This document shows positions 1-12,200 of a stretch of DNA of 64,000 nucleotides, in pieces. A program made the translations under genes and the position numbers. The notes below the pieces were generated by a model that searched no databases, was not told where the DNA came from, and worked only from the letters and a program-made list of their open reading frames with translations. Positions within the stretch are counted from its first letter, which is position 1; each line of letters starts with the position of its first letter. This stretch comes from Cycas panzhihuaensis (lineage: Eukaryota; Plantae; Cycadophyta): the NCBI GenBank assembly GCA_023213395.1, contig CM041465.1, positions 65,355,741-65,419,740 of the forward strand. Direction: 5' to 3'.

Positions 1-478
1 TGTAGATTTTTCTACAACTTTTTGCGAAGAGAAGCGAGAATTGTGAGATAGCTATAGCAGAATATCCTTTCTTATATACCCGGAAGTTTAATTAAAAGAT
101 GACACTACTTTTTAAAAATAAGTTGTGATACAAAATTTTTAAATTTCATGTAAGATGGTCTTAAGAAGAAGAAACTAAAGGTTTATCAAGTGTCGACGAG
201 TCACAAACCAAACATAAGTTGTAGCCCAACTCCCTTTGATTAACCAAGAATGAAGAGGTAAGTGGCCATTACAAATTTTAGTGAAGCCTTGGTCCAAGCT
301 AAAGATCTAAAAAGTAGTATATCAAATGTCTTGGATTGGAGAGTAATGCCACTATATGTGATCAAAATTGTCATCTTGAGCATCGCATACTACACAGTAT
401 GATTGATGACTCACATTCCATTAATCCCAAGTATCCTGGAAGATGAAAGCCTTATGTAAGATCCTCCAATAAAGCACA
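1..478 (-). mobile_element. Fragment of an L1-like LINE (3' part of ORF2), same family as the element at 21156-24984
   Basis: Colinear, same-orientation similarity to ~21310-21780, e.g. 'aaatttcatgtaagatggtcttaagaagaagaaa' vs 'aaatttcatgtagaatggtcttgagaagaagaaa' and 'taaccaagaatgaagagg' vs 'taaccaagaatgaaaagg'. It runs off the window start. Confidence 0.8.
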
Positions 479-484
479 ACAAAA

Positions 485-715
485 AACACAGCCCTATAAG
501 CAACAAAAAGTAGTAGGTTGAGATTGAAACCCTTATAAATTTTATAATTTTGCTATAAACCTATACTATAACCACTTAAAAATTATAGAATAGGTATGGT
601 CATCTCAAATCTATTTTTTTTTCTCGAATTCAATCATTTACATCCTCAAAATAGTAGATATGTGATAAATCATTAATTAGCCAAAACCACACTCTAGTAT
701 CACTTGTAGCCACCT
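485..715 (-). mobile_element. Inverted fragment of the LTR family found at 53025-54095 and 56604-57725 (element E)
   Basis: Its reverse complement (gtaaatgattgaatt...gatgaccatac...ttataagggtttcaatctcaac) aligns with 53310-53530 (tataaatgattgaatttt...aatgaccatac...ttataagggtttcaatatcaac). Confidence 0.7.
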
Positions 716-2637
716 TTCTCAATGAAAATAATAAAATAATAGCCCCCTTCGAGGTGAGAAGGCCTATGAAATGTTATTAAGGCAGTTACCATAAGTATAG
801 AACCAAAATTTAAGATGATTATCCTTTAGTACAAATAGGTATTTATAGTCACCTAGTTCAATCATATACTTTCCCTCCAAAATATTGGCTTCTTAAATAT
901 TGATTATTCTAATTCCTTTATTTTGGGAATATAGTAGAAACAAAAAATATATAGATATACTATGTGCATTATAATAGATGTCATGAATTTCAAGCATTAG
1001 AAATTAAATATAGATTAATTTATAACTTGATTATAGAAAAGTAATTAAATTTTATATTTAATATAAATGTTTTCTCAAGAGAAAATTGTGGCAAGATGTA
1101 TTTGTTTGCTAATGTATTTTCTATAACTTCTAGCTTTTAAATTCCAAGATTAATCCTTTAATTTTTATGATTTCATTATGTATTCTGTGAGTTGAAATTT
1201 ATATGTGGAGACATAAATAGGTTTTCATATTCGTAAATGAAAATAACATATTTATAAAAGAGTTCAAGGGGTTATTCATGTTTAAAATTCTAACATATCA
1301 AGCTCTCTTTTAATATACAAGCATATGGATATTGGGGGAATAAGAAAGGGCTTATAGTTACTTGTGTTTCTCATAGTCGGACATTTTTCTCCTATTTTAT
1401 TTTCTAAATTATTGTAGTTGATTGAAAATAGTATATAGGTCATTATAACTTAGTTTTTTCCTTGAATAAATATAATAACACATTACTTCATAAGTAAATA
1501 TTTATGCTTTTGTTGTTTTATATTGTATTTCACTTTCAAAGTAGGAATTATTTAAGGAAATAAAATCATTAGGAATAATTTGAGTCTTGTTCACTCCGCT
1601 TAGTATATACTCTCACTAACATCTTATTTGCAAAATCTATTTAATTAAATATTTGTAACAAAAGTAATAGTAGATATATGCTATGTTTTTATTCATATTT
1701 ATATAATGTATCTTAGTATATGTCCTTCAAATTCTGAAATTTTGCCATATGTTATTTCTATAAAGCCTATAAGGAGTCCATTTTTTTCCTTTTTGAAAAG
1801 TCTTTAGGTTGTCCTTTTCTATTGCATGTTCTTTCATTTAAGGTGTGCTATTTTACACTTTGTTTTTTCATTCATAAATGTTATGGTATTTAGTCATGTC
1901 ATTCGATACCTTAGATCGATGAATATTTATTGTTGCTATAAGTTTCAACATCTATTTTGAAACAAAATGTATAACAAAAGTGAGCACTTAGCAACTATTA
2001 TAATTAGATATTAGATATTAATTTAATTTTAGAATGACACATAATTAGTGTTAACATTAGATATATATGTGAATGATTTCCCTCGCTTTTGCAAAATTAC
2101 TTATTAACTAAGACATTAAATAATTTTATTTCTAAATTTATAAGAAATGATCATTTGTATGAGCAGTAATTATGACATGGTTGATCTTAAGGTTATTCTA
2201 TATGAAATTCTTCCCAAAAGTTGGATAATATGATTGATTTCTACAACATTGCTTGATCTTAAACATGGAAGTCATTGGTGCTCATTTGATGTTGAGTTGA
2301 GTGGGATTGCAAATCATAATAATTCATGGTAAAATCATTATTTTGCCAACTGCGATCTCTTTTGTGGTAGACCCAAGTTCCTTTTAGGCAATGATGCAAA
2401 AGTATGAAGAAGTATGCATATGTACTATGGGAAGGGCCTTCCTAAGCCCCACATTTCTCTTGGATCCCACCCATAAATTTCACTTCTTCCTATGCTCATT
2501 AATATACATAAAAAGAAAAAGAAAACAAAAATTAAAGTTGGTTTGCACCTAGTGGAAGGGGATGGAGCTTGCATCTTTTTGTCTTTGGATTTAATCCCAT
2601 GGAGACATACACATCATCATAGACCCCATTGCTCAAA

Positions 2638-2683
2638 AACTAATGTACCTAATTATCATGAACTAATGTACCTAATTATCATG
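2638..2683. repeat. Perfect 23-bp tandem duplication
   Basis: aactaatgtacctaattatcatg occurs twice head-to-tail. Confidence 0.9.
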
Positions 2684-2899
2684 AATAGGGCTTTCAACAA
2701 CTGTCGGGGCCAATCTCTCAGTGACTCCCCTTTTCCTTGCTGAATATATATATTAGCACAATTAGGTGCTCAAATTTAAGCTAAAATCAAAAGGTAAAAG
2801 GCCCACATGTGTGAAAGCAAGCCTCGTCATTTCCAATCTCCATGGCCCTGAATTCAAAAAACAGAACAAAATTGACTCTAAATTCGAAAATAAATCCAA

Positions 2900-3900
2900 C
2901 TTCAAAGGAATAGATTACTGGTGTACCCTCGGACGGAGAGTGGGTGGGGAATGGAGAGGCTACGTAGCTTGATGAATGTGAAATACTCTGTGAGATTCGA
3001 CTTCGTCGGATATGTTCGAGCAGCTTATCCATTAAATGGAAGTGCATACGTGGAATCAATGAGGCGGTCGGAGTGGTAAGTCAGGGGGTTTCAGTAACAG
3101 AATCAACACAAAACGCCACGCCTTCAACGTTGAGGTGACGGGGAAGCAACCCGTTACAAGTCAACTTAACGGCGTCCTGTAGAAATGTATTATATTTTTG
3201 AATAGGTGGTCAAAGGATCGGTCGGTTTTATTAGCCGGAGGGAGGCCCCGCTCTCTGAAAAGGTTGGGAGGGCCCCGGCGTCCATCTTCCCGGCCAGCTC
3301 GACTACCTGACAACCGGCAAGAGGACCCTCTGGAACACGCCGTCAGAGTCGACAACACTACCGGCTTACCGCATCGTGTCATTCACCCCGCGGCCTCCTG
3401 CGGACCCCACGTGCTGGAGCTAAGAGCCGTTGGATTTGCCACCGTGGAACAATCGCTTTTGGTTAATGACAAGGCTCGGAACAAGGCTCGGCGACACCGT
3501 GGCGCGATTTGAATTCGAGAAATGGGGACGTTGGGGGGAAACTCTGAGCACTCCGAGCGTAACACCGAAGCTAAGGGGAACTGCCGAGCCTCGACTTAAA
3601 TATATTTCCACGGCTGCGTCTCCCAAAGTATTCGGCCCATTTACCACCGATGGTTTAGTAAGGTCACCAGGACGCGTTCTCCAACAACCTTAATATTAAA
3701 TCTTGTTTGATTATATCAATCTAGTTTTTCCTTCCACATCCATTTGTTAAGGTTTTTGTCGTTGTAGTCCCGTTTCAACTAACTATTAAATTATAATGCA
3801 AGCGTTCTAAAAAATCGAGCATACCCGTTTCAAAGCAACTCTCGAGTTATGTGTTTTAAAAATTGTGATTTAGTCATTTATTTTCCAACGACGACATTTG
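2900..3900. promoter_or_regulatory. CpG-rich island with MSA (AACGG) and CHR-like (TTTGAA) motifs; candidate distal regulatory element
   Basis: Sharp rise in GC and CpG against CpG-depleted flanks. A full MSA consensus TCCAACGGCT lies on the - strand at 3425-3434, with more AACGG/CCGTT cores at 3151, 3168, 3770 and 3825. GGCGCGA-TTTGAA at 3501-3513. None of the overlapping ORFs resembles a known protein. Confidence 0.45.
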
Positions 3901-5623
3901 GAATTTGATGGTCACCTTTGTTTGTCCACTTGAATTAAGGGCCCAATTAACGTAATTATATATGAAAACATATAAAATCTCTTAGCTATGAAATGATATA
4001 ATACATTTAAATGTCTATCTTTCTTAATCTTAATAAAATTAAGAATAGAAAAAACTTGAGGTTAATGGGACTTCATGCACATAGATAAATGTTTAAAACT
4101 TATCACTAAGTTTATCCCATTAAGGGAGTCAAGGTAACACCTAGAATAAAATTCAATAAAAAATAGGTTAAGAACATGTGAACTCGATATGAGATTAATT
4201 ATTTTCCATTATAGTATATAGATGCTAATTATCATTTGTTTAAAGAATGTTAAATTTCTCATAGGTAGTCAATTGATCTTTTTACTTATGAACCTTGTTA
4301 TAATGATTTTCTTCGTCCTTCTTTGTATGTTTGATGATCTCTATATGATTTGCAAGACGATTTATGATAGTGCAACTTGGCTCGATATAGGTCACTTTAG
4401 ATGGGTTAATAACATAATGCGACTTTAATAATATCAAATATGTTTAATCAAATTCAAATTGAACTATGTAAATCCAAGTGGGGATATACTAATATTTTGG
4501 TTGTATAATGATATCGTGCCTTTTCAAGAAAAAAAGGTTGTTTCCACTCCAAGGTATATTTTAGATTAGGTTGTGTAAATTGTTTTGTGAAGAAAGGACT
4601 TTAATTAGGTTGGATTATATAATGTATGATGTTGTGCTTATTCTTATTTAGCCATAATCTTAATTATGAGATGAAAGATCATGTTGAGGTGAGTAACTTG
4701 GACATAGAGATGGGATTTACAAAGGCAACACGAGCATTATTAAAAGTGATCCTTCATGGTCATTAATGTTTTGTGGAGCTTTCTTAGTTTCATTAATGCA
4801 AAGGGGAGGATAGATATGTTTAAATTGTCCATTTTTCATCCATCTAAGACATAACAAAAATGTCAATAAGATCTTTCATTGATTAGATTGGTACTTCAAC
4901 ATCTCATATTATTTAATGGAGTGTTGTAAAATCAACTATCATTAACCTCCTCTTTCTTTGTCGTGAACATACTTACATTATATATTTCGCTGTTGACTCA
5001 AAACCATTACTTAAAATAAAATATTCTTTGAAAAATGAAATTTACTGAGATATAAATTACTAATATGAGGATGGTGCAAAGTTGAAAAGAGACGAGTACA
5101 ACACCACCACTACTAATAGCCATGAAAAACAAACAAACCCAAGACCAACATAACCATCCTAACTATCTCCAAAGACATAGAAATCATTGGAGCCATATTG
5201 ACTCTCCTAAGGCAAATAGTAATGATTAATATATGATTAACCATTTTTACCTTTTTTTGACCACTTACCAAAATTAATTTATTGTCTAAGTTATGTACAA
5301 AAGTTGTTCCCCATAAGCAAGATGTGTTAACACACTAAAATAAAATTGCTAGTAACACTCATGGCAAGTAAGAATGTGAAGAGAACATGGGAGATTTATC
5401 ACCTCCCCATTTAAGAATGGTCACAAATATAAATGAAAATAATTTTCATGAGTGAATGACATACGGGAGGAAGGGACTTAGGTTACCTACTTGTTCAATG
5501 GGTCAAGAGAAAGCAAAAGATGTAATTTTCAATGGATGTGGTACACGAACAAGGGAAGGAAAAACTTCGCATTCAAACGATCGATTCTTAAGGAGCACGC
5601 CAAAACATTAAGGAAATCTATTG

Positions 5624-5777
5624 AAGGTTGGGCAACATGGTTTGGTACTTGGGAGCACAAATTCTCCGCAACTTCCTCATTTTGGGGCAAGCCAGAACCG
5701 GAAGGATACCTATTACAAGGGTACGCAACATCGGGTGGTACATAGGTGCACAACTTCCGCGCTAGTTCCTCGTTTTG
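5624..5777. repeat. Diverged direct repeat, two ~61-bp copies at 93-bp spacing
   Basis: 5624-5684 vs 5717-5777 align without gaps at 46/61 identity (counted by eye). Confidence 0.75.
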
Positions 5778-5859
5778 AATGTTGAAGAACAAGCAGACAA
5801 GGCACCACCTTCCTTTTTTTTAATATATATTTTTTCCACTTTATTATATATTTTTTTAT

Positions 5860-6287
5860 ATACAAATAAAGTACTTCACATTACGTGAGAACAGAGTCAT
5901 AAAGTAATTACTAAGTAACGGTGTAAACGGGGATTTGCAGGCCGCAGGGAGAGAATTAAAAAGGAATTGAAGAGCGTGGTTTGGATATTAAAGTATTCAA
6001 CCGCAGATCCGAAGCTGGAGGCTCGGGAAAAGTGGTTCGGAGTATAGGTAGCGAGGGTTTAGAAGGTGATATAGTTCTTGTGACAGGGCTTGCGCATGGC
6101 GGAGGACACACTCCCGTCTTTCCCTGCGTAGTGGTCGAATCCTGTTGCACTTATTTTGTTTACATTGTATCAACCGGTAGCTCATAATCGTTATTCTCTC
6201 CATACGCAATGACACATCTCTGAATTTTTCCCATCCGATCGACTTTCCCCACTAATCGTTGCAGGAGGTGGAAGGATCGAAATACAT
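5860..6287 (+). promoter_or_regulatory. Proximal promoter/5' UTR of the kinesin gene with a probable 5'-UTR intron ending at 6264
   Basis: CpG-rich; two AACGG cores at 5917 and 5926. Branch-like CTAAT followed by TTGCAG acceptor at 6264, 23 nt before the ATG. The donor position is uncertain (GT near 6048 or 6066). Confidence 0.45.
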
Positions 6288-9200
6288 ATGGCGCCAGACA
6301 ATCTGCTTGCGCTCACACTGGCGTTGAATTCTAACTCCTTCAATGCCTCCCCTGCTTCGATAGACGGTGCGGCCGACGACACCACGCAGCAGCACGGGAC
6401 GAGACTAAGCGATGTGGATTTGGCCTCAAGAAGAGCCGAAGAAGCAGGTTTACATGTCAATCTTGTTTCGATTAATAAATTCATGCCCGGAATCGTTAAA
6501 TTTCAAAACTACTTTATATTTTTACTGGCAAAGATGCAATCCATTGCTCGATGATATAACAGAGACCGTAGCGAGTATCGTCTGTGAAGCTCAAGCAATC
6601 CTCGATCGGTTCCGTTTGCGTTGGCATGGAATTTATGTATTTGTTTATGTATGTTTTGCAGCTGCTCGAAGATACGAAGCAGCAGGATGGCTGCGAAGGA
6701 TGGTGGGAGTGGTCGGATCGAAGGATTTGCCCAATGAGCCATCGGAGGAGGAGTTTCGCCTTGGCCTGCGAAATGGACTTGTTCTCTGCAATGTTATCAA
6801 CAAAGTCCTTCCCGGTTCCGTGCCCAAGGTCTACGCTTATACATAAATGAACATTTCTTTTCTCCACAATTATTCCTTTGTTGTGTTATAAGGCAAAAAT
6901 CGATGTTAATGTTGATACTTCCGATTACTCGCTTGGCACGCTGGCATTGATATTTCAAAATTTAGAGTAATATTCATATGATGGGCCACCTCAGTGATTC
7001 GCCTGGAGCACTGTTATTGAAATTTCAGTAGTAGAGATGCATCGGATGATCAGTCTCGGGGAACGATATTGTCGATGCTTATTTGCCTTTTAACGTAACA
7101 GCCTGAGAAGTTTCCCTTAGCAAATCGGGAACATTTCTGATTATCTTGACCTGGTTTGATTGTCTTATTGGCAACAGGTTGTGGAGAACCCGGCTCCTTC
7201 GGTGCCTCCTCCCGATGGAGCGGCTTTGTCTGCATATCAGTATTTCGAGAATGTGAGAAACTTCCTCGTTGCGGTGCAAGAAATGAAGTTGCCTACCTTT
7301 GAAGCATCTGATTTGGAAAAGGTACGAAGCTGCTTCCAGCATAAGGGCCATTCACAACAGACTGTTATGTTAAGGTAAATGTCTGTAATAGTGCACCGGA
7401 TCAGTCCTCTGGTGCACTGTTGCTAAGATTTACCTTAACATGACAGACTGTGGGGAGTTGCTCTAACTCTTGCAAGCAATGAGTCAATCCCCTTGTGTTG
7501 CAGGCTTATCTTACTTGAGCTTTTTTCCAGGGAGGATCGTCAACGAAGGTTGTAGATTGCATCTTAGCGCTGAAGTCATACAGTGATTGGAAACAAACCG
7601 GCGGACACGGTTTTTGGAAATATGGAGGTAACTTGAAGCCTATCAACATTGGAAAACCTGTGGTTAAGTCGGGGAAAAGCTCAGAACCCTTCATGAATTC
7701 AGTGTCAAAGAACAATCAGCCGCTTGCAGATTCAAATTCTCTGCTACGTCATCTTGGTATGCAATTTCCGGATGGGTTTCATGCCAAGGAGAATTTGAAT
7801 CAGGATCTGTTGTTGAATTCTAATGGAATGGTAGGTAAGCTAACCTCTTTAAGATGGTACTTGTTTCTTTGATTGGAAGCATTCCGATTTCTTGCAGAGC
7901 ATCTTTGAGGATGCCTACGGTATGTTGTATTAAATCTGAAAATTTATCTGGGAAATATGTCAACCAGAATCCTTCAGCGCAGCAGTTCAGTACTTTTTTT
8001 CAGGCAAATTTGTCCGATAAAAAACCAGAAGAAGTGGTTGCGGTGAGCTCTTCAATGCTTTCTTGATAATATGCTTTCAAGGTAGCAAGCTTTGAACAGG
8101 CATTGCTGTTCTCTTTTGGTATGTCTATCATCTTTACCGATCTTATTACATTTCTCTGGCTTTACTCAGCTTGTGGAATCCATGTTAGCAAAAGCCATGG
8201 AAGAGTTTGAGCGACGTCAAGGCGAGCAGGTAATCAGCTTGATCTCCTTCGGGTTTTTGAATGTTTTGATACTTCTTGCCTTTCTGTTAGACACCACTTT
8301 TGCTTCTGGTGGTTGTATCTTCTGCTCTTTACTGTGAGTACCGCAATTTCAGGGGATGATGGGTGTTTTAGGATAAAGCTGTTAGATGGGGAGCTCTGTC
8401 TTGGCCTGGTTTGGCTAAGGGATCTTTGGATTTAGTCACGCAAGTTTGTGCTTGATCGTTTCTAATTGCAAAGAAAACAATTTGGACATGCTTCAAAATG
8501 ATCAGTTGACAATAGTTTCACAAAGAAATGGAAACATAAAGCTAACCCACCAAATTGGAGATGGCTCCTAAATAACCAGGCATACCAGAGATCATAGAGA
8601 TCAAGATGTTGAAGGGTCTACTTCTACAAACTTCTGATCCATTTAGCACGACTGATCTTATACACACACAAAATGGATTTACTGACCTCAGGGATGCAGC
8701 TGATGGTCTTTGCTAGTAAGATGAAACCCGTTTCATCACTTCCACACAAGTTCATTTGGTCATTGTGCAAAGAACCAAAGTGAAAAGGCCTGTTTCGGAA
8801 TGCATTCCATAGAAATGTATGACACTTGTTTGTATCTCTTGAAGTTCATAAACTCTGATTATTGTTGTCTGCAGTTGACTATGATTCTAAAGGACCTTGT
8901 TGGATCTGAAGACAACAAGCCCTTTCCCAAGTCAAAAGTTTTGGCAGCACTAGCAGCTGCTTCAGGAGAGCTTAAGGTAAGCTTTGATTTTTTTATTGCT
9001 ACAAAGCTATGTGAAATCTGCTGTAGTTTTCTGCTTCTGCAGTTCATTTGATTTCAAAGAAAACAATATGCAGTTTGAAGTGCCCAAAATTGTTGTGTGC
9101 ATATTGAAGAACATCTGATGCTTCTATTACAACTGTTTAAAGTAACTTCAGCAATTACCAAAACATGTTTGATGCAAATATAGTCTCATGATGTTTACAA

Positions 9201-12200
9201 GTAAATGCCTTTGTAATCAACTTGGTATCTTGTTTGAGCATAATTGAAACTGAAATTTGAACTAAAAGGGGGACACCAGCGAAGATGATAAAGCTAAACA
9301 GAACAATTATGGTGTTCCGAAAGGCCAGAATGAGAAATACTTCTCTGATAGCTCAAATGATGTTGATGAATATGGAAGTATTGTTCCTAAGCTGCAGATG
9401 CGTTTTGATCTTCAGCAAAGGGAAATTGAGGTAAGTGCTTAAACGTCAAAAACCTATTGTAGGACAAGCTTGTGATGGTAGATCTAACACAGAGGCCACA
9501 CTTACCCTTCTATGAAAATTGGCAGGAACTGAAATACACATTACACAACACAAGGGAAGGTGTCCAGATGATGCAAATGGAATGGAATGAAGAGTTGTGC
9601 AATCTTGGTAAGCTTTTTCACACACAACTTCTATGAAATTTGTGGTTTTATGCATCTGCGCTTTGTTTCTTCATGTTTTGAGGGATCTTATTCCTTTTTT
9701 TCACAGAGAAGCATCTGCATGGACTTGCAAAAGCTGCGGCAGGATACCATAAAGTGCTAGAGGAAAACCGGCAACTATACAATCAAGTCCAGGATCTTAA
9801 AGGTATGCCTTGTGTGTTCTGATGTTTCTTAACTGGTACATATCCTGAAAAAGATATTGTTGCTGGAAGTTTAGAACAAGGAGGAGCCAACCGAGTTGCC
9901 CAGGAAGTAATTGGTCAAGAAGATTGGTGCTGGTCGGGTGCAGGTGTCATTGCATGTGCATGTGAATATGAGCACTTTCTTGGTGTTGATGTCTTCAGCC
10001 ATCAGCTGATGTGCTTTGATGATTATCTGGGGCTATGTATAGCATGATAAGGAGATCGAGTTATTCCTTGTTTTTGTGGCCAATATTGTTGTGCATTAAG
10101 CTTCATGCTGAATCCGTTCTGTTATGCTGATTGCTTCATCTTATTCTGCTTAGGAAGCATAAGGGTGTATTGCCGTGTCAGGCCATTCTTGCCTGGGCAG
10201 GCTGACAGTCAGAGTACAGTGGATTTCATTGGAGAGAATGGCAATCTTATGATTTTAAATCCTGCAAAGCAAGGGAAGGATGCCCGCAAAACATTTGCAT
10301 TCAATAAAGTGTTTGGATCATCTGCAAGTCAAGGTTGTATCTCTGCCTGGAATATTGAGTCAATTTTAGTTATCAGATACTGTAAAGTAGTATATATTGA
10401 GTTGTAACTAAGATTCGTGTCAAATGGCAGAGGAGGTTTTTTTGGATACTCGGCCTTTGATCAGATCTGTTCTGGATGGCTACAATGTCTGCATTTTCGC
10501 ATATGGACAAACAGGTTCAGGCAAGACGTACACAATGGTAAGCCGTGATTGTATTCTGGACGGATTATTGAAATGTGAAGGACAATGAAGGCAAAGATTG
10601 AAGAAGGAAGCACACAATTTGTTTGTAAGGGAGAAGTTTCCAACCTAGCATTGCTTTGCACTAACTTTTCCGCATCTGTTTCCAGACGGGTCCTAGGGTG
10701 ATTACAGAGGAGAATTGGGGAGTAAACTACCGAGCATTGAATGACTTATTCCAAATATCAAAGCAAAGAAGTGATTTGTTCACATATGAAGTTGCTGTCC
10801 AAATGATCGAAATATACAATGAACAAGTTAGGGATCTCCTTGCGTCTGATGGCTCCAACAAAAGATATCCTTTTTCTTCACATTGAGTTAGTCATTTTTC
10901 TTTTTTTGGTTTTTTCCCCCCTGCACTCTTTTCTCTTTTCTTTTCTCTCTTCAGATTTCAGCATTTTGAGCTTTGGAGAACCCTTCACTCCAAGCACATT
11001 GGAAATCCGCAACAATTCTCAGCAGAATGGACTCAATGTACCAGATGCAAGTCTGGTACCTGTTGCATCCACATCTGCTGTGATCGACTTAATGAACCTT
11101 GGACACAAGAATCGTGCTGTGGGAGCAACAGCTCTGAATGATCGTAGCAGTCGTTCTCACAGGTGTGCATGCAAATCTTTCTTTTGGATTCAATATTGTT
11201 TGCTGCTAGCAAGCTCCTCTTCAAGCAATAATATATGTTGTTTTGGGTGCAGTGTTTTGACGGTGCATGTTCAAGGCAAAGACTTGACCTCTGGATCACT
11301 TCTTCGAGGGTGTCTTCATCTGGTTGATCTTGCTGGAAGTGAGAGAGTAGATAAATCTGAGGCCACAGGGGAAAGGTTGAAGGAAGCACAGCATATCAAT
11401 AAATCTCTTTCAGCTTTAGGAGATGTGATTGCTGCCCTTGCACAAAAGAATTCGCATGTTCCTTACCGAAATAGCAAGCTCACACAACTGCTCCAAGATT
11501 CCTTAGGTTGCAAATTCATCCTTTTCCTTAATGAATGGTAAAGACATCCTGCTTTTGTCCACCCCAAGGCAATGATGTTCAATCTTTTTTCTTCAGGTGG
11601 ACAGGCGAAAACTCTCATGTTTGTGCACATAAGTCCTGAAGTAGATGCATATGGAGAGACAATTAGCACACTCAAATTTGCAGAGCGAGTTGCTACCGTG
11701 GAACTTGGTGCTGCTCGTTCCAACAAAGAGAGTGGTGAGATCAGGGAGCTAAAAGAACAGGTTTGCGTGTTTCTGAGAAGTATTTCACTTGCTGAATGAT
11801 AATTGCTTTGCAGAAATCTAGATTTTGTGGCTTTCTTGGATGCTAAATGATTTGCTGAATCCGTCTCTTATGTTGCAGATTGCTAATTTGAAGAATGCTC
11901 TGACAAAGAAGGAAGCAGAGGCAGAGCAATTGCAAAACGTTAGGGATTCAAGGAGTAGCATTGAAAGACAGAGGATGAAGACTGAAGCCTCACCATTGCC
12001 TTTGCGCAGACAGAGTGTGGGAGATGCCCAAGCATATGCTAACCGCAGGCAGCCTATGGAAGATGTTGGGAACATAGAGGTATATGCAGTAAGCACTACT
12101 TTGATGCTATTGTCATTTGGTGTGAATCTGGATTTTGTATGTAGAAATTTTCTTTTGAAGTTTACTTACATTGCAAAGCTGGATGCTGGATGAATGACCA

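Noticed and set aside
3161-3693. Cluster of overlapping ORFs on both strands
   Set aside because: Expected from high GC; no recognisable domain, mostly non-ATG starts and no coherent exon chain.
7898-7919. Possible micro-exon (TGCAG...GTATGT) in kinesin intron 4
   Set aside because: 22 nt breaks the frame and would leave a 48-nt downstream intron, which is too short.
10819-11541. 240-aa ORF with a hydrophobic N-terminus suggesting a membrane-anchored kinesin
   Set aside because: The hydrophobic stretch is the translated T-rich U12 intron; the ORF is read-through across introns.
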